This document shows, one piece after another, positions 8,416 to 17,243 of a stretch of DNA of 64,000 nt (position 1 is the stretch's first letter; each line of letters opens with the position of its first letter). The stretch is from an uncultured Rikenella sp. Lineage in GTDB: Bacteria; Bacteroidota; Bacteroidia; Bacteroidales; VadinHA17. Below the pieces are notes generated by a model. That model worked only from the letters and a program-made list of their open reading frames with translations, did not search any database and was not told the origin of the DNA. Where the stretch lies: NCBI GenBank assembly GCA_964411345.1, contig CAYPKP010000005.1, positions 2,189 to 66,188 on the forward strand, in the 5' to 3' direction. The position numbers were made by a program, and so were the translations under genes.

Positions 8416-9702
8416 ATGTTTTATAATTTTGCGGACATTAATCAAAAAAGAACAGACGTGGACATTTTCGACAAGATCAGAAGGAACCGTGGCGAACTCG
8501 GACAATACCAGGAACAGGCTGACGGATATTTCATGTTTCCGAAGCTGGAAGGTGAGATAGGCCCCAGGATGAAATTCATGGGCAGGGAGGTGCTGAACTG
8601 GAGTCTCAACAACTATCTCGGGCTTGCCAATCATCCCGAGGTCAGGAAGGTTGATGCCGAGGCGGCTGCACAGTACGGACTGGCATATCCCATGGGTGCC
8701 CGCATGATGTCGGGACAGACGACCATGCATGAGAAATTTGAGAGCATGGCCGCGGAATTCGTCGGCAAGGAGTCTGCCTACCTGCTGAACTACGGTTACC
8801 AGGGCATGGTGTCAATCATAGACGCGCTTGTCGGAAGAAAAGATGTGATAGTGTATGATTCCGAATCCCATGCCTGTATCATGGACGGACTCAGGATGGT
8901 GTTTGCCAAGCGGTTTGTCTTTCCCCACAATGACATGGAGGGCTTCGGCAAACAGCTTGAGCATGCGCAGAAAATAGTAAGCGAAACCGGAGGTGGCATA
9001 CTGGTCATCACCGAGGGTGTCTTCGGCATGGCTGGTGACCTTGGCGCCCTCGACAAAATAGTGCCATTCAAGAAGAAATACAACTTCCGCCTCCTGGTGG
9101 ATGATGCCCACGGCATAGGTACCATGGGAAAAACAGGCGCAGGCACCGGTGAGCATTTCGGCGTTCAGGACGATATAGACGTTTACTTCGGAACATTCGC
9201 CAAGAGCTTTGCTGGAATAGGCGGCTTCGTTGCAGGTGACAGGGATGTCATCAGCTACCTGAGATTTAACCTCCGCTCACAGATATATGCCAAGGCACTT
9301 CCAATGGCAATGACTATCGGAGCCATAAAGCGCCTGGAGATGATCAGGGATCATCCCGAGCTGCGCGAAAAACTTTGGACCATAGCCAGGGCCCTCCAGA
9401 AAGGATTCAGGGAGGCAGGCTTCGACCTGGGCCGTACAGAATCACCGGTGACGCCCGTATTCCTGAAGGGAGGCATACCCCAGACGACACAGATAATCAA
9501 GGATCTCAGACAGAACTACGGCATCTTCTGCTCGGTGGTGATTTACCCGGTGGTTCCGAAGGGAGTCATCATGCTACGTATAATCCCCACGGCCGTCCAT
9601 ACCATGGATGACGTAAACTATACCGTGAATGCCTTCAAGGAGGTCAAGAAGAAGCTTGAGACCAACGCCTACCCCAACGAGGTAGCCGATTTCAGGAGCT
9701 GA
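8416..9702 (+). CDS. PLP-dependent alpha-oxoamine synthase family acyltransferase (BioF/KBL/serine-palmitoyltransferase-like)
   Basis: SLNNYLGLANHPEV, LLVDDAHGIGTMGKTGAGT and GTFAKSFAGIGGF (the PLP-binding lysine) are the family motifs. The substrate cannot be assigned from sequence alone. Confidence 0.85.
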   Translation: MFYNFADINQKRTDVDIFDKIRRNRGELGQYQEQADGYFMFPKLEGEIGPRMKFMGREVLNWSLNNYLGLANHPEVRKVDAEAAAQYGLAYPMGARMMSGQTTMHEKFESMAAEFVGKESAYLLNYGYQGMVSIIDALVGRKDVIVYDSESHACIMDGLRMVFAKRFVFPHNDMEGFGKQLEHAQKIVSETGGGILVITEGVFGMAGDLGALDKIVPFKKKYNFRLLVDDAHGIGTMGKTGAGTGEHFGVQDDIDVYFGTFAKSFAGIGGFVAGDRDVISYLRFNLRSQIYAKALPMAMTIGAIKRLEMIRDHPELREKLWTIARALQKGFREAGFDLGRTESPVTPVFLKGGIPQTTQIIKDLRQNYGIFCSVVIYPVVPKGVIMLRIIPTAVHTMDDVNYTVNAFKEVKKKLETNAYPNEVADFRS

Positions 9703-9708
9703 CAGCAG

Positions 9709-11649
9709 CTACTGTCTCTCTTCAAAATCATCTATTGACAGGAAGGAGTACTGGTACTCCATCGGAAGAATCCTTGCATACTCCTCAACCGTACAGCCCT
9801 CCAGGCATGCCTTTATTATCTTTCGTCCGAGCGGTACAAGGTCAGAGGAGAGGAAGCCCTGCAGCTCTTTCCTGAAGAAATCCTGCAATATTGCTGCGCC
9901 GGCATCATAGCCCTCTTCCCCCACCTCTGCCTGGCGGTATACCTTCAGAAACCGGGTAGGGATGGGAGAGCCCTCAATAGTAAGATAGTTGAGTTCATAT
10001 CCCAGGAGCGGACAGCGTGCCGGCCTGAGCTGGTCATGTCTCAGCTTGGCATTGCCTCGCCGCGTAAGATACTCACGCATCAGGAGCTGAGGCCTGAAGC
10101 CGACCTTCCACGCCCCTATGTGCTGGTTGGGCGTAAGGGTATAGCGGACCCGGGGAGTGTTCACGATCTGCTCCAGAAGGAGGTTGGCGTGTCTCACCTT
10201 CCGGCCTGTGGCGAACGGCCAGTATGATCCGGCCCCCTCACTCTCGAGGTCGCCGCCGCCGGTAATGCTTGGATTGGCATATCCGCGGGGACTGACAAGG
10301 CGCCATAGCCATGCCAGTGCCGGGGGCAGAATATGAAACAACCCGGCAATGCCGTAGGAGGGAGACCCTGCGGTACAGGCCGGCATCCTTACCCCGAAGT
10401 TGCGCACGTCAACAGTCACCGGCCTGCTTATCACGCCGGGAACAATATTTCGCGGAAGGACTACCCTGGGGTTGGGACACCGCTTGCCGGGAGCATCCTC
10501 CGAGTGTCTCCAGATAAGAGCAGTACCGTCAGGCCTGGTATCCAGGTTAAGGAAAAGCAGCGGCTCACCGGGATCTATTGTTATCTTCTCCAGAAACGGA
10601 TCGTCGCCATATCCCCTGACCCCGTCAACACGTATGAACCATGCGTTCTCCGCATCAGCCACGGTGAGTTTGCCGTTGCTGGTCTGATAGGTCGGGTGGC
10701 ACAGGGCCATATCGTCAGTCGCCGGATTGAATGAGCAGAAGAGAGGTATGGAGATAACCCTCCGCTCACCTGTCACCATGTTCTCTCCAATGAGAATCTG
10801 GCCATTGGGCTCTCGCACGAGGTTCTGTATCATCTCGCTCTTGCCTCCCCCGCTGGCACCTTCATGCATGAAGGTGGTGATGTTGTCATACGGACTGACC
10901 GCCTGCACCGTCGAGCAGTGCGTCGTCAGCCAGCCCTCCTCCTCTCCCTTGTCCAGCAGCACGCTGTAAAATCCTTTCTTTGCACTCGGTCCGGGATAAA
11001 GGTTATAGGCAAACATTTCATGCAGACCGGCACACCTGTTGTGGACTACAACCTGCCTGCCGCCAAAATGGGTGTGCCTGAAGGGGGGAGCCACATAAAC
11101 CACGGATTCAACCTTAAACTCTTCCGGCAACTCCTCAACAGACATTATCTTCTGAAGCAGGGAGAGACCAAAGGCGAAAAACGAGGCATTGAGTGGCGTC
11201 ACCACAACACCTCCTGCACCGATCGGATAATTGCCTGCAAAACAAAGGAATATGCCAAGCTCACGCCCTCCGAGCCATTCAAATGTCTCATCCCTGAGCC
11301 GGCTGAACTCGTACCCGTAAACATCAGAAAACCTCTTCTTGTCGGTTGGCCGCCGGTCACCAATAAGCATTGTATCCGGATCGCGCCTGCGCATGTACGG
11401 CTCGGTGTAGTTCGCCGACAAACCGTTGGTAACCCTGTGAAGTACCACCTCGGTAACCTCACCCCTGCCAGGTATGTCGTACTTCACCTCATAATAAAGA
11501 TCATCCGTTCCGCCGGTCGACTCGGACAGTATCTCTGCCGGGTTATTGAAAAAGAGAGCTCTCGGAGAACTGGCAGCCAACACTGCGATCTCAGGGGGAA
11601 GCCTGACACCTCTCTTTTCCGCAAGGGCAATAGTCTCCAGTGCATTCAT
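9709..11649 (-). CDS. Large uncharacterised P-loop protein, DUF4914-like (PEPCK/HprK-like nucleotide-binding fold suspected)
   Basis: Clean 646-aa ORF with an ATG start. A single P-loop-like motif, HEGASGGGKSE, sits mid-protein. Overall it resembles what I remember of Bacteroidota DUF4914 proteins; no other recognisable domain. Confidence 0.6.
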   Translation of the reverse strand: MNALETIALAEKRGVRLPPEIAVLAASSPRALFFNNPAEILSESTGGTDDLYYEVKYDIPGRGEVTEVVLHRVTNGLSANYTEPYMRRRDPDTMLIGDRRPTDKKRFSDVYGYEFSRLRDETFEWLGGRELGIFLCFAGNYPIGAGGVVVTPLNASFFAFGLSLLQKIMSVEELPEEFKVESVVYVAPPFRHTHFGGRQVVVHNRCAGLHEMFAYNLYPGPSAKKGFYSVLLDKGEEEGWLTTHCSTVQAVSPYDNITTFMHEGASGGGKSEMIQNLVREPNGQILIGENMVTGERRVISIPLFCSFNPATDDMALCHPTYQTSNGKLTVADAENAWFIRVDGVRGYGDDPFLEKITIDPGEPLLFLNLDTRPDGTALIWRHSEDAPGKRCPNPRVVLPRNIVPGVISRPVTVDVRNFGVRMPACTAGSPSYGIAGLFHILPPALAWLWRLVSPRGYANPSITGGGDLESEGAGSYWPFATGRKVRHANLLLEQIVNTPRVRYTLTPNQHIGAWKVGFRPQLLMREYLTRRGNAKLRHDQLRPARCPLLGYELNYLTIEGSPIPTRFLKVYRQAEVGEEGYDAGAAILQDFFRKELQGFLSSDLVPLGRKIIKACLEGCTVEEYARILPMEYQYSFLSIDDFEERQ

Positions 11650-11807
11650 CCGGATCTTTAATTTAAATCAGTAAATCAAGCTGTTATCCTATAACACGTG
11701 GAAGGTGTTCACCTGCATCCTCCTCCTCAAAAATAATGGATCGAAACTGCGACATTGTATCACGCAGCAGATAAATATCAACATCTTTTAAGAAAAACTG
11801 AGTTTTC

Positions 11808-11833
11808 TGTAATGTTTGTAATCCCTGTTCGTC
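11808..11833 (+). promoter_or_regulatory. Candidate ECF-type promoter (TGTAAT-N16-CGTC) upstream of the DUF4252/ECF operon
   Basis: TGTAAT at 11808-11813, a 16-nt spacer, and CGTC at 11830-11833, about 45 nt before the ATG at 11879. The architecture resembles autoregulated ECF promoters. This is motif-level inference only. Confidence 0.25.
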
Positions 11834-11878
11834 ATAGGGGTATACAGTATTAACAAACCACAAACAAAACGGACAGCC

Positions 11879-12391
11879 ATGAAAAGAATGGTTTTTACAG
11901 TTATTATCGCCGCCCTGGCGGCTTCGTTGTACGGACAGAGAGACCCGCTTGACGATTTCTTCGCCAACTACTCCGACAGGGAAGGATACTCGTCGGTAAT
12001 CATCAACGGAAACATTTTCGGGATACTGAAAGCCTTTGACGATGATCCCGATCTGGAAGAGCTCGACAGAAAGGTGACTTCCGTACGAATCGTCAGCCGG
12101 AAGGGATCACCTGGGGCGGGCGATGCCGGCCTGATTGCAGAGATCGGGAAAGTGATCAGGAGAGGAAGATATGAAGAGCTGATGACAGTCAGGGATCATG
12201 ATTCGGACCTGAGGTTTATGGTTAAAAGCAGAGGCGACGTGATTACCGAACTGCTCGTTGTCTCCGCAGGTCATAATGAGGCAGTGATACAGGTATGCGG
12301 AAAGCTTACACGTGAAGATGTTGAACGAATGTCGGAAGGCAACGGCGACGGCCTTGCCCGTCTTGAGATCCTTGAGAATTCAGGGAAATGA
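11879..12391 (+). CDS. DUF4252 domain protein (secreted)
   Basis: Signal peptide MKRMVFTVIIAALAASLYGQ, then DFFANYSDREGYSSVIINGNIFGIL...VTSVRIV...YEELMTVRDHDSDLRFMVK...ITELLVV, which matches the DUF4252 pattern. It is paralogous to 13556-14077. Confidence 0.75.
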   Translation: MKRMVFTVIIAALAASLYGQRDPLDDFFANYSDREGYSSVIINGNIFGILKAFDDDPDLEELDRKVTSVRIVSRKGSPGAGDAGLIAEIGKVIRRGRYEELMTVRDHDSDLRFMVKSRGDVITELLVVSAGHNEAVIQVCGKLTREDVERMSEGNGDGLARLEILENSGK

Positions 12392-12418
12392 TAACTTTGG
12401 GGCATACACCGTTAAAGA

Positions 12419-12931
12419 ATGACGCCCGCAGAGTTCAGGGAAAAAATCTTGCCGCAGGGGAAAAGGCTTTATGCCCTCGCCTGGCGTTTCCTGAACAGCA
12501 GGGAGGAGGCCGAGGATGCCGTGCAGGAGGTGATGATGAAACTGTGGGAGGATAGAGCCTCCCTTGACAGGCGCGGCAATATTTCCGCATGGTGTACGAC
12601 CGTCACGCGCAACTGCTGTATCGATATTCTCAGACGAAGGAAGAGGGTCATGTTCGGGGAGATGGACAGAGTTACCGGCGAACCGGAGAGCGTCACCGAC
12701 CCTGTCGCTGCTTCGGACAACAACGAGGCGGCAAGGATGGTGTCGGTGATTGTCGGCAGGATGAAGGAGCCCTACAGGAGTGCATTGATCCTCAGGGATA
12801 TGGAAGGTTATTCCTATGAGGAGGCGGCAGAGGTGATGAACACCAGTGTCAACGCCCTCCGTACTGCACTCTCCAGGGCCCGCAAGGCAGTAAGAGAGGA
12901 GATGAAGAAAATCTATGATCATGGAATATGA
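12419..12931 (+). CDS. ECF-type RNA polymerase sigma-70 family factor
   Basis: Region 2 (AEDAVQEVMMKLWE...WCTTVTRNCCIDILRRRK) and region 4 (LILRDMEGYSYEEAAEVMNTSVNALRTALSRARKAV). Length is 170 aa. Confidence 0.9.
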   Translation: MTPAEFREKILPQGKRLYALAWRFLNSREEAEDAVQEVMMKLWEDRASLDRRGNISAWCTTVTRNCCIDILRRRKRVMFGEMDRVTGEPESVTDPVAASDNNEAARMVSVIVGRMKEPYRSALILRDMEGYSYEEAAEVMNTSVNALRTALSRARKAVREEMKKIYDHGI

Positions 12932-13472
12932 AAAGGTAAAGGAACTGCTGAGCAGGTTCTACGAGGGCCTGACCACGGAGGATGAGGAGAGAGAGCTCAG
13001 GGAGATTCTCTCTGACCCTGCCGTCCTGTCACGCTTTCCGGGAGAGGAACACCTTGCCTCCATGAGTACGGCGGCACCTGAACCTTCGGACGGATTTTAT
13101 GAAAGGCTGACGGATGTGACGCACAGGGAGCTGCAAATGAGACCGGGAAACAGGCTGCTGAGGCATGCCGCGACGGTGGCGGCTGCAGCGGTGATACTGG
13201 CCGCCTCATGGATCCTGCTGAACCGGTATGGACCGCAGGCTGTGAGAGATACCTACACCGACCCGCAGATTGCCATGGCCGAGGTAAAGAGCATACTCAC
13301 CGACGTGTCACGCAAGATGAATACGGGGATGGAGGAGCTGGAGCCAATGAGGAAGATCACGAAGGCACCTGAGGCTGTTGGCGAGATGAGCCGATTAAAC
13401 AGCATCGTCGAAGATAACCTGGCGAGACTCCGCTACCTCAGCACGATTGGCAACGAAGACGGACGTAACTGA
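12915..13472 (+). CDS. Putative single-pass membrane anti-sigma factor
   Basis: Overlaps the sigma gene stop by 17 nt. One predicted TM segment (AATVAAAAVILAASWILL). No zinc-binding HxxxCxxC motif. The call rests on position and topology only. Confidence 0.55.
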   Translation: MIMEYEKVKELLSRFYEGLTTEDEERELREILSDPAVLSRFPGEEHLASMSTAAPEPSDGFYERLTDVTHRELQMRPGNRLLRHAATVAAAAVILAASWILLNRYGPQAVRDTYTDPQIAMAEVKSILTDVSRKMNTGMEELEPMRKITKAPEAVGEMSRLNSIVEDNLARLRYLSTIGNEDGRN

Positions 13473-13555
13473 AAGCTGCATGACCAAAGCATCACTGAAG
13501 GATTTGAAATGTTGACTATGATGCGGATTATACTTAAACAACAAGACAATAAAGA

Positions 13556-14077
13556 ATGAAATTTGCCATGAAGAGAACATTAATTCTAATAATTATTGCC
13601 GCTTGGTCGCTCTCGGCACTCGGACAGAAAAGCCCGGTTGAAGAGCTGTTTGACAGGTACAACGGCAGGGATGGTTTCACCTCCGTATATATATCATCAA
13701 AAATGTTCAGCCTGCTGTCGCGCATCGACAGCGACGACGAGGAGTTTCGAAACCTTGTAACCCGGATAAAAAGTATCAGGATCCTGTCGGTCGACAGTGC
13801 ATCAAATGCCGGCAGGGTCAACTTCGCCGGCGAGCTGGTGCCAAAACTCAACCGTTCAGGCTTTGAGGAGCTGATGACCGTCAGGGAACAGCATGACGAG
13901 GTGAGGTTCATGATACGTGAGGCAGGCAACAGGATAGCCGAGCTGGTGATGGTCACCGGAGGTGCAGGCACCTCGGTGGTATGGATAACAGGAGACCTTG
14001 ATCTCAGGACTATAGCCAGCCTGTCGGGCACCATGGGCATTGAAGAGCTGGAGGAGCTGGAAAAGGTTGAGAAATAA
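13556..14077 (+). CDS. DUF4252 domain protein (secreted), second copy
   Basis: Signal peptide, then ELFDRYNGRDGFTSVYISSKMFSLL...IKSIRIL...FEELMTVREQHDEVRFMIR...IAELVMV, which is collinear with 11879-12391. Confidence 0.75.
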   Translation: MKFAMKRTLILIIIAAWSLSALGQKSPVEELFDRYNGRDGFTSVYISSKMFSLLSRIDSDDEEFRNLVTRIKSIRILSVDSASNAGRVNFAGELVPKLNRSGFEELMTVREQHDEVRFMIREAGNRIAELVMVTGGAGTSVVWITGDLDLRTIASLSGTMGIEELEELEKVEK

Positions 14078-14120
14078 ACACTGTCCATGATCCTGCACCG
14101 CAGAGGCTGAGCGGCATATC

Positions 14121-14164
14121 AGGTTCGGCAGCCCGATACTGACTGTCGGGTCGGTTGCCGGCAG
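14121..14164. repeat. Imperfect palindromic CGGCAG element (GGTTCGGCAGCCCGATACTGACTGTCGGGTCGGTTGCCGGCAG)
   Basis: CCCGA/TCGGG and CGGCA/TGCCG arms. It shares the exact 11-mer TCGGCAGCCCG (14125-14135) with 946-956. It lies 3' of the DUF4252 operon. Confidence 0.7.
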
Positions 14165-14174
14165 AGCACATTTG

Positions 14175-14966
14175 ATGCCATTGACAGAACGGGAAAAATC
14201 CATCCCCTGCACAGCATGCTCTTTTAAACAAGTGAACAAATTCCCCGGGATTCATGTTATTCGGATAAATTCATCCGGAAAATTGATACCCAGCCATTAC
14301 AACAGCATCAACACGCCAGAGGAGCTCCTCCAGGCATATACTGCACTCTTTGTCTTCCTCGGGGGATCCGTTTCAATGAGTCCGGAGGAGAGTGGATTGC
14401 CGCACATGTGCGACAGCGGACTGTTGAGAAACCTTCCGCTTGAGAGCCATAATACAACCTATGGGAGTGCGAGCCGCCTGCTTAGGTCGCCGTGCCCTTT
14501 CAAGGCACAGTGCCATCACACGGTTTCCGGGAACTACGACTCACTGCTCTCCGGCAGCAGGAAGGCGTATGCCTACCCCGCCGCGTCACACTGGAATGGC
14601 ACCCGCAACGCATCTGATGCCGCGGCAGAAGAGCATCAGGCCATGCTCAGAAACCTCTACTCACAATATGGGTTCAGCAGATCCCGGGAGTGCGATCTCG
14701 AAGCTGATCATCTCGGCATCGAGCTGTTGTTTGTGAACCTGCTCCTTGAGAAGTACCTGACTGAGGATGATTCCAGGGTGAAGAATATTATCCGGGATGA
14801 CCTGCTTGAGTTCATCAACGGCGAAATGCTGTCTTGGCTGCCGCGATGGGCGGAAGAGGTCTCCGACAAGTCTGTCACAAAATGCTATACCGGAATCTCA
14901 GGGCTGATCATCGGAGCCCTGGAGGATGCCAGGGACATTCTCAGTGATCAGAAATTGGGATTGTAG
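14175..14966 (+). CDS. TorD/DmsD-family redox-enzyme maturation chaperone-like protein
   Basis: LEADHLGIELLFVNLLLEKYL corresponds to the family ExDHL motif. AYTALFV and the C-terminal ...SWLPRWAEEV...CYTGISGLIIGALEDARDIL fit the family layout. The listed start at 14172 is a TTG and the first ATG is at 14175. The N-terminal third is atypical, so the start is uncertain. Confidence 0.55.
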   Translation: MPLTEREKSIPCTACSFKQVNKFPGIHVIRINSSGKLIPSHYNSINTPEELLQAYTALFVFLGGSVSMSPEESGLPHMCDSGLLRNLPLESHNTTYGSASRLLRSPCPFKAQCHHTVSGNYDSLLSGSRKAYAYPAASHWNGTRNASDAAAEEHQAMLRNLYSQYGFSRSRECDLEADHLGIELLFVNLLLEKYLTEDDSRVKNIIRDDLLEFINGEMLSWLPRWAEEVSDKSVTKCYTGISGLIIGALEDARDILSDQKLGL

Positions 14967-15334
14967 AACCGTTTTATGGCCCCCATGTAATACTCGTTCC
15001 AGCCGTCGGCTATGTTGGTATAGTCCTCTACCGGAATGTTGGTGTGTTCAACCGTCACTGCAGTATTGCCACCATTCGGAACAATGGTTATGGTCACCAT
15101 CGAATCCAGCTCCCTGTCTCCGAAATACCACTCCTGCACCACCTTGCGGTCAGGCACCAGGTCAACGATTTTGCCGCAGATGTCGCCGTCCCACATGTTG
15201 AACTCCTCGCCGGGGGCGGAGGGCATCACGGCCGGGTAGCCCGACCACAGTTCAATGGTGTACGGATTTGTCAGTGCAGCATAAATATCTGAAGGTTCGG
15301 CATTGATATGAAAAGTCTTTCTGAAATTTCGCAT
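14948..15334 (-). CDS. SRPBCC superfamily protein (AHSA1/START-like)
   Basis: 128 aa. FHINAEPSDIYAALTNPYTIELWSG...GKIVDLVPDRKVVQEW...VTVEHTNIP is typical of the Aha1-like SRPBCC family. Its 3' end overlaps the convergent TorD-like ORF by 19 nt. Confidence 0.75.
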   Translation of the reverse strand: MRNFRKTFHINAEPSDIYAALTNPYTIELWSGYPAVMPSAPGEEFNMWDGDICGKIVDLVPDRKVVQEWYFGDRELDSMVTITIVPNGGNTAVTVEHTNIPVEDYTNIADGWNEYYMGAIKRFYNPNF

Positions 15335-15366
15335 TTTAGCGTATGTTTTCCCCTTTTTAAGTTATT

Positions 15367-16362
15367 CTATCCCTGTTCTGCAAGATACCTTTCGGCATCG
15401 ATGGCAGCCCGGCATCCGCTGCCGGCGGCCGTCACCGCCTGCCTGTAAACGTGATCCATCACGTCGCCGGCGGCAAAGACGCCGGGCACCTTCGTCCTTG
15501 TGGACCCCGGTTCGGTGATTATGTAGCCTGTCGCGTCAGTGTCAATCCACTCCCTGAAGATCTCTGAATTGGGAGTATGCCCGATGGCCAGGAAGAACCC
15601 GTCGATACTGATATTGAATTTCTCCTCCTCCGGCGTACCCTTGTGACGCACCACAACTGCTCCCTCAACACCCTGTGTGCCAAAGAGGTCCTCCACCTGG
15701 CACTTCCAGAGTATCTCGATGTTGGGGGTGTTCATCACCCTGTGCTGCATCGCCTTGCTGGCGCGAAGCACGTCACGCCTCACAATCATATATACCTTTT
15801 TGCACAGACCTGCAAGATAGGTAGCCTCCTCACAGGCCGTGTCGCCGCCGCCAACGACGGCCACATCCCTGCCCCGGTAGAAAAATCCGTCACAGGTAGC
15901 ACAGGCTGAGACACCCATGCCTGCATATCTGGTCTCGGCAGGTATACCCAGATACTTTGCCGTGGCCCCGGTAGCGATGATGACCACGTCAGCCATTATC
16001 TCCATACTGCCGTCAAAGGTCACCTTCAAAGGCTTGCCTGAGAAATCGGCAGAGGTCGCAATACCAATTCTCACGTCAGTGCCAAATCTCTTCGCCTGCT
16101 TCAGGAAGTCCTCCATCATCTCCGGCCCGGTGACACCGTCAGGATATCCGGGGAAATTTTCAACTTCAGTTGTCGTGGTAAGCTGTCCTCCCTGCTGAAG
16201 ACCCGTATAGAGCACTGGTTTCAGGTTGGCCCTGGCAGCATAGATCGCTGCAGTGTAACCGGCGGGTCCCGAGCCGACAATAAGACATTTTACTTTCTCC
16301 GATGAGACAGGATCCTTCTTTTCTTCCTCACTGCCTGTCTCAAGTGGTTTGAACAGTTGCAT
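15367..16362 (-). CDS. trxB: Thioredoxin-disulfide reductase
   Basis: VGSGPAGYTAAIYAARA (FAD), the redox-active CATCDG motif, VVGGGDTACEEA (NADPH), and GVFAAGDV. Confidence 0.95.
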   Translation of the reverse strand: MQLFKPLETGSEEEKKDPVSSEKVKCLIVGSGPAGYTAAIYAARANLKPVLYTGLQQGGQLTTTTEVENFPGYPDGVTGPEMMEDFLKQAKRFGTDVRIGIATSADFSGKPLKVTFDGSMEIMADVVIIATGATAKYLGIPAETRYAGMGVSACATCDGFFYRGRDVAVVGGGDTACEEATYLAGLCKKVYMIVRRDVLRASKAMQHRVMNTPNIEILWKCQVEDLFGTQGVEGAVVVRHKGTPEEEKFNISIDGFFLAIGHTPNSEIFREWIDTDATGYIITEPGSTRTKVPGVFAAGDVMDHVYRQAVTAAGSGCRAAIDAERYLAEQG

Positions 16363-16414
16363 CTGGTATCAGGTTTACGAGACGACAAAAATAAAAATTA
16401 TATTATAAGAAATG

Positions 16415-17209
16415 CTAAAAAGTAATAATTATTTGATTGGGCGATATTACAGAAACTATTGAATCACTGCTTATTGCATAATGGCTGCCGGAAGGGGTCA
16501 TTTTGCCGGACCTGAGGAACTCTGAGGCTGATGCGGGACTCTCAAAACGAAGTGACGCCCTGGTCCTGCCGTCACTCTGTATCATCAGCGCGCTGTAACC
16601 TGTTGCGTTGCCAAAGGTATCCGACAGCTCAGGTATCCCGTTGTAGAGACCCAGCGGGCCTCTCACCAGAACGGCGCCTCTCATGGTCTCATCATCAAGA
16701 GGCCCCTCAAAAAAGATTGCAGGATCAAAGGAAGCATCGCTGATTGCGGCAAGGATACCTGTTGCTATCTCATCCGCTGTCTCCTGGTCTTCCGCTGTGC
16801 CGGTGTCATTGATGATGCTCACATAGAACGGTCCCTTGCAGAACTGCAGCTGGTATGCCGACCTGCAAAAATGTTCCGTCAGGTTGGGTCCGCCGTTGCA
16901 CCGGAAGCGCGATACCGAGAAGATGCCGAATGCGGCCTCGGTGTCTTTCATGCGGTAGATCTCGACCTTGAAATCCCTGTCATTGCGCACCAGCTCCGTA
17001 ACAACCAGCGTATCAAAGCCATATTCAAGATAGAGCTCAGCCCCGCCATTGATGTAACCGTAAAGCGATGTCTCCGTGAAGGTGCGGCTGCGGACCTCCC
17101 CGATGCCCTGAAGAGCTGTCAGGCCCTGACGTGATTCTGTTGTCTGAGCCAGGGCCGGGAGGGTAAATATCAGCAGTAACAGAATTGACGGTGTTTTCCG
17201 GGATAGCAT
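16415..17209 (-). CDS. Secreted hypothetical protein (possibly DUF6599-like)
   Basis: I chose the ATG at 17209 (MLSRKTPSILLLLIFTLPALAQ signal peptide) because the longer ORF overlaps the upstream gene. The block YGYINGGAELYLEYGF looks conserved. No catalytic motif recognised. Confidence 0.55.
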   Translation of the reverse strand: MLSRKTPSILLLLIFTLPALAQTTESRQGLTALQGIGEVRSRTFTETSLYGYINGGAELYLEYGFDTLVVTELVRNDRDFKVEIYRMKDTEAAFGIFSVSRFRCNGGPNLTEHFCRSAYQLQFCKGPFYVSIINDTGTAEDQETADEIATGILAAISDASFDPAIFFEGPLDDETMRGAVLVRGPLGLYNGIPELSDTFGNATGYSALMIQSDGRTRASLRFESPASASEFLRSGKMTPSGSHYAISSDSIVSVISPNQIIITF

Positions 17210-17243
17210 ATAAAAGAGTCTCTTTTCTGTTTTACACAATAAC

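Noticed and set aside
13534-14088. 184-aa minus-strand ORF (Ser-rich) and similar long antisense ORFs (e.g. 23074-23754, 23745-24503, 38899-39408, 49539-50108, 54565-55281)
   Set aside because: Each lies fully inside, and antisense to, a gene with strong family motifs. The translations are low-complexity (Ser/Arg/Pro/Leu-rich). This is the usual shadow-ORF effect in moderately GC-rich DNA.
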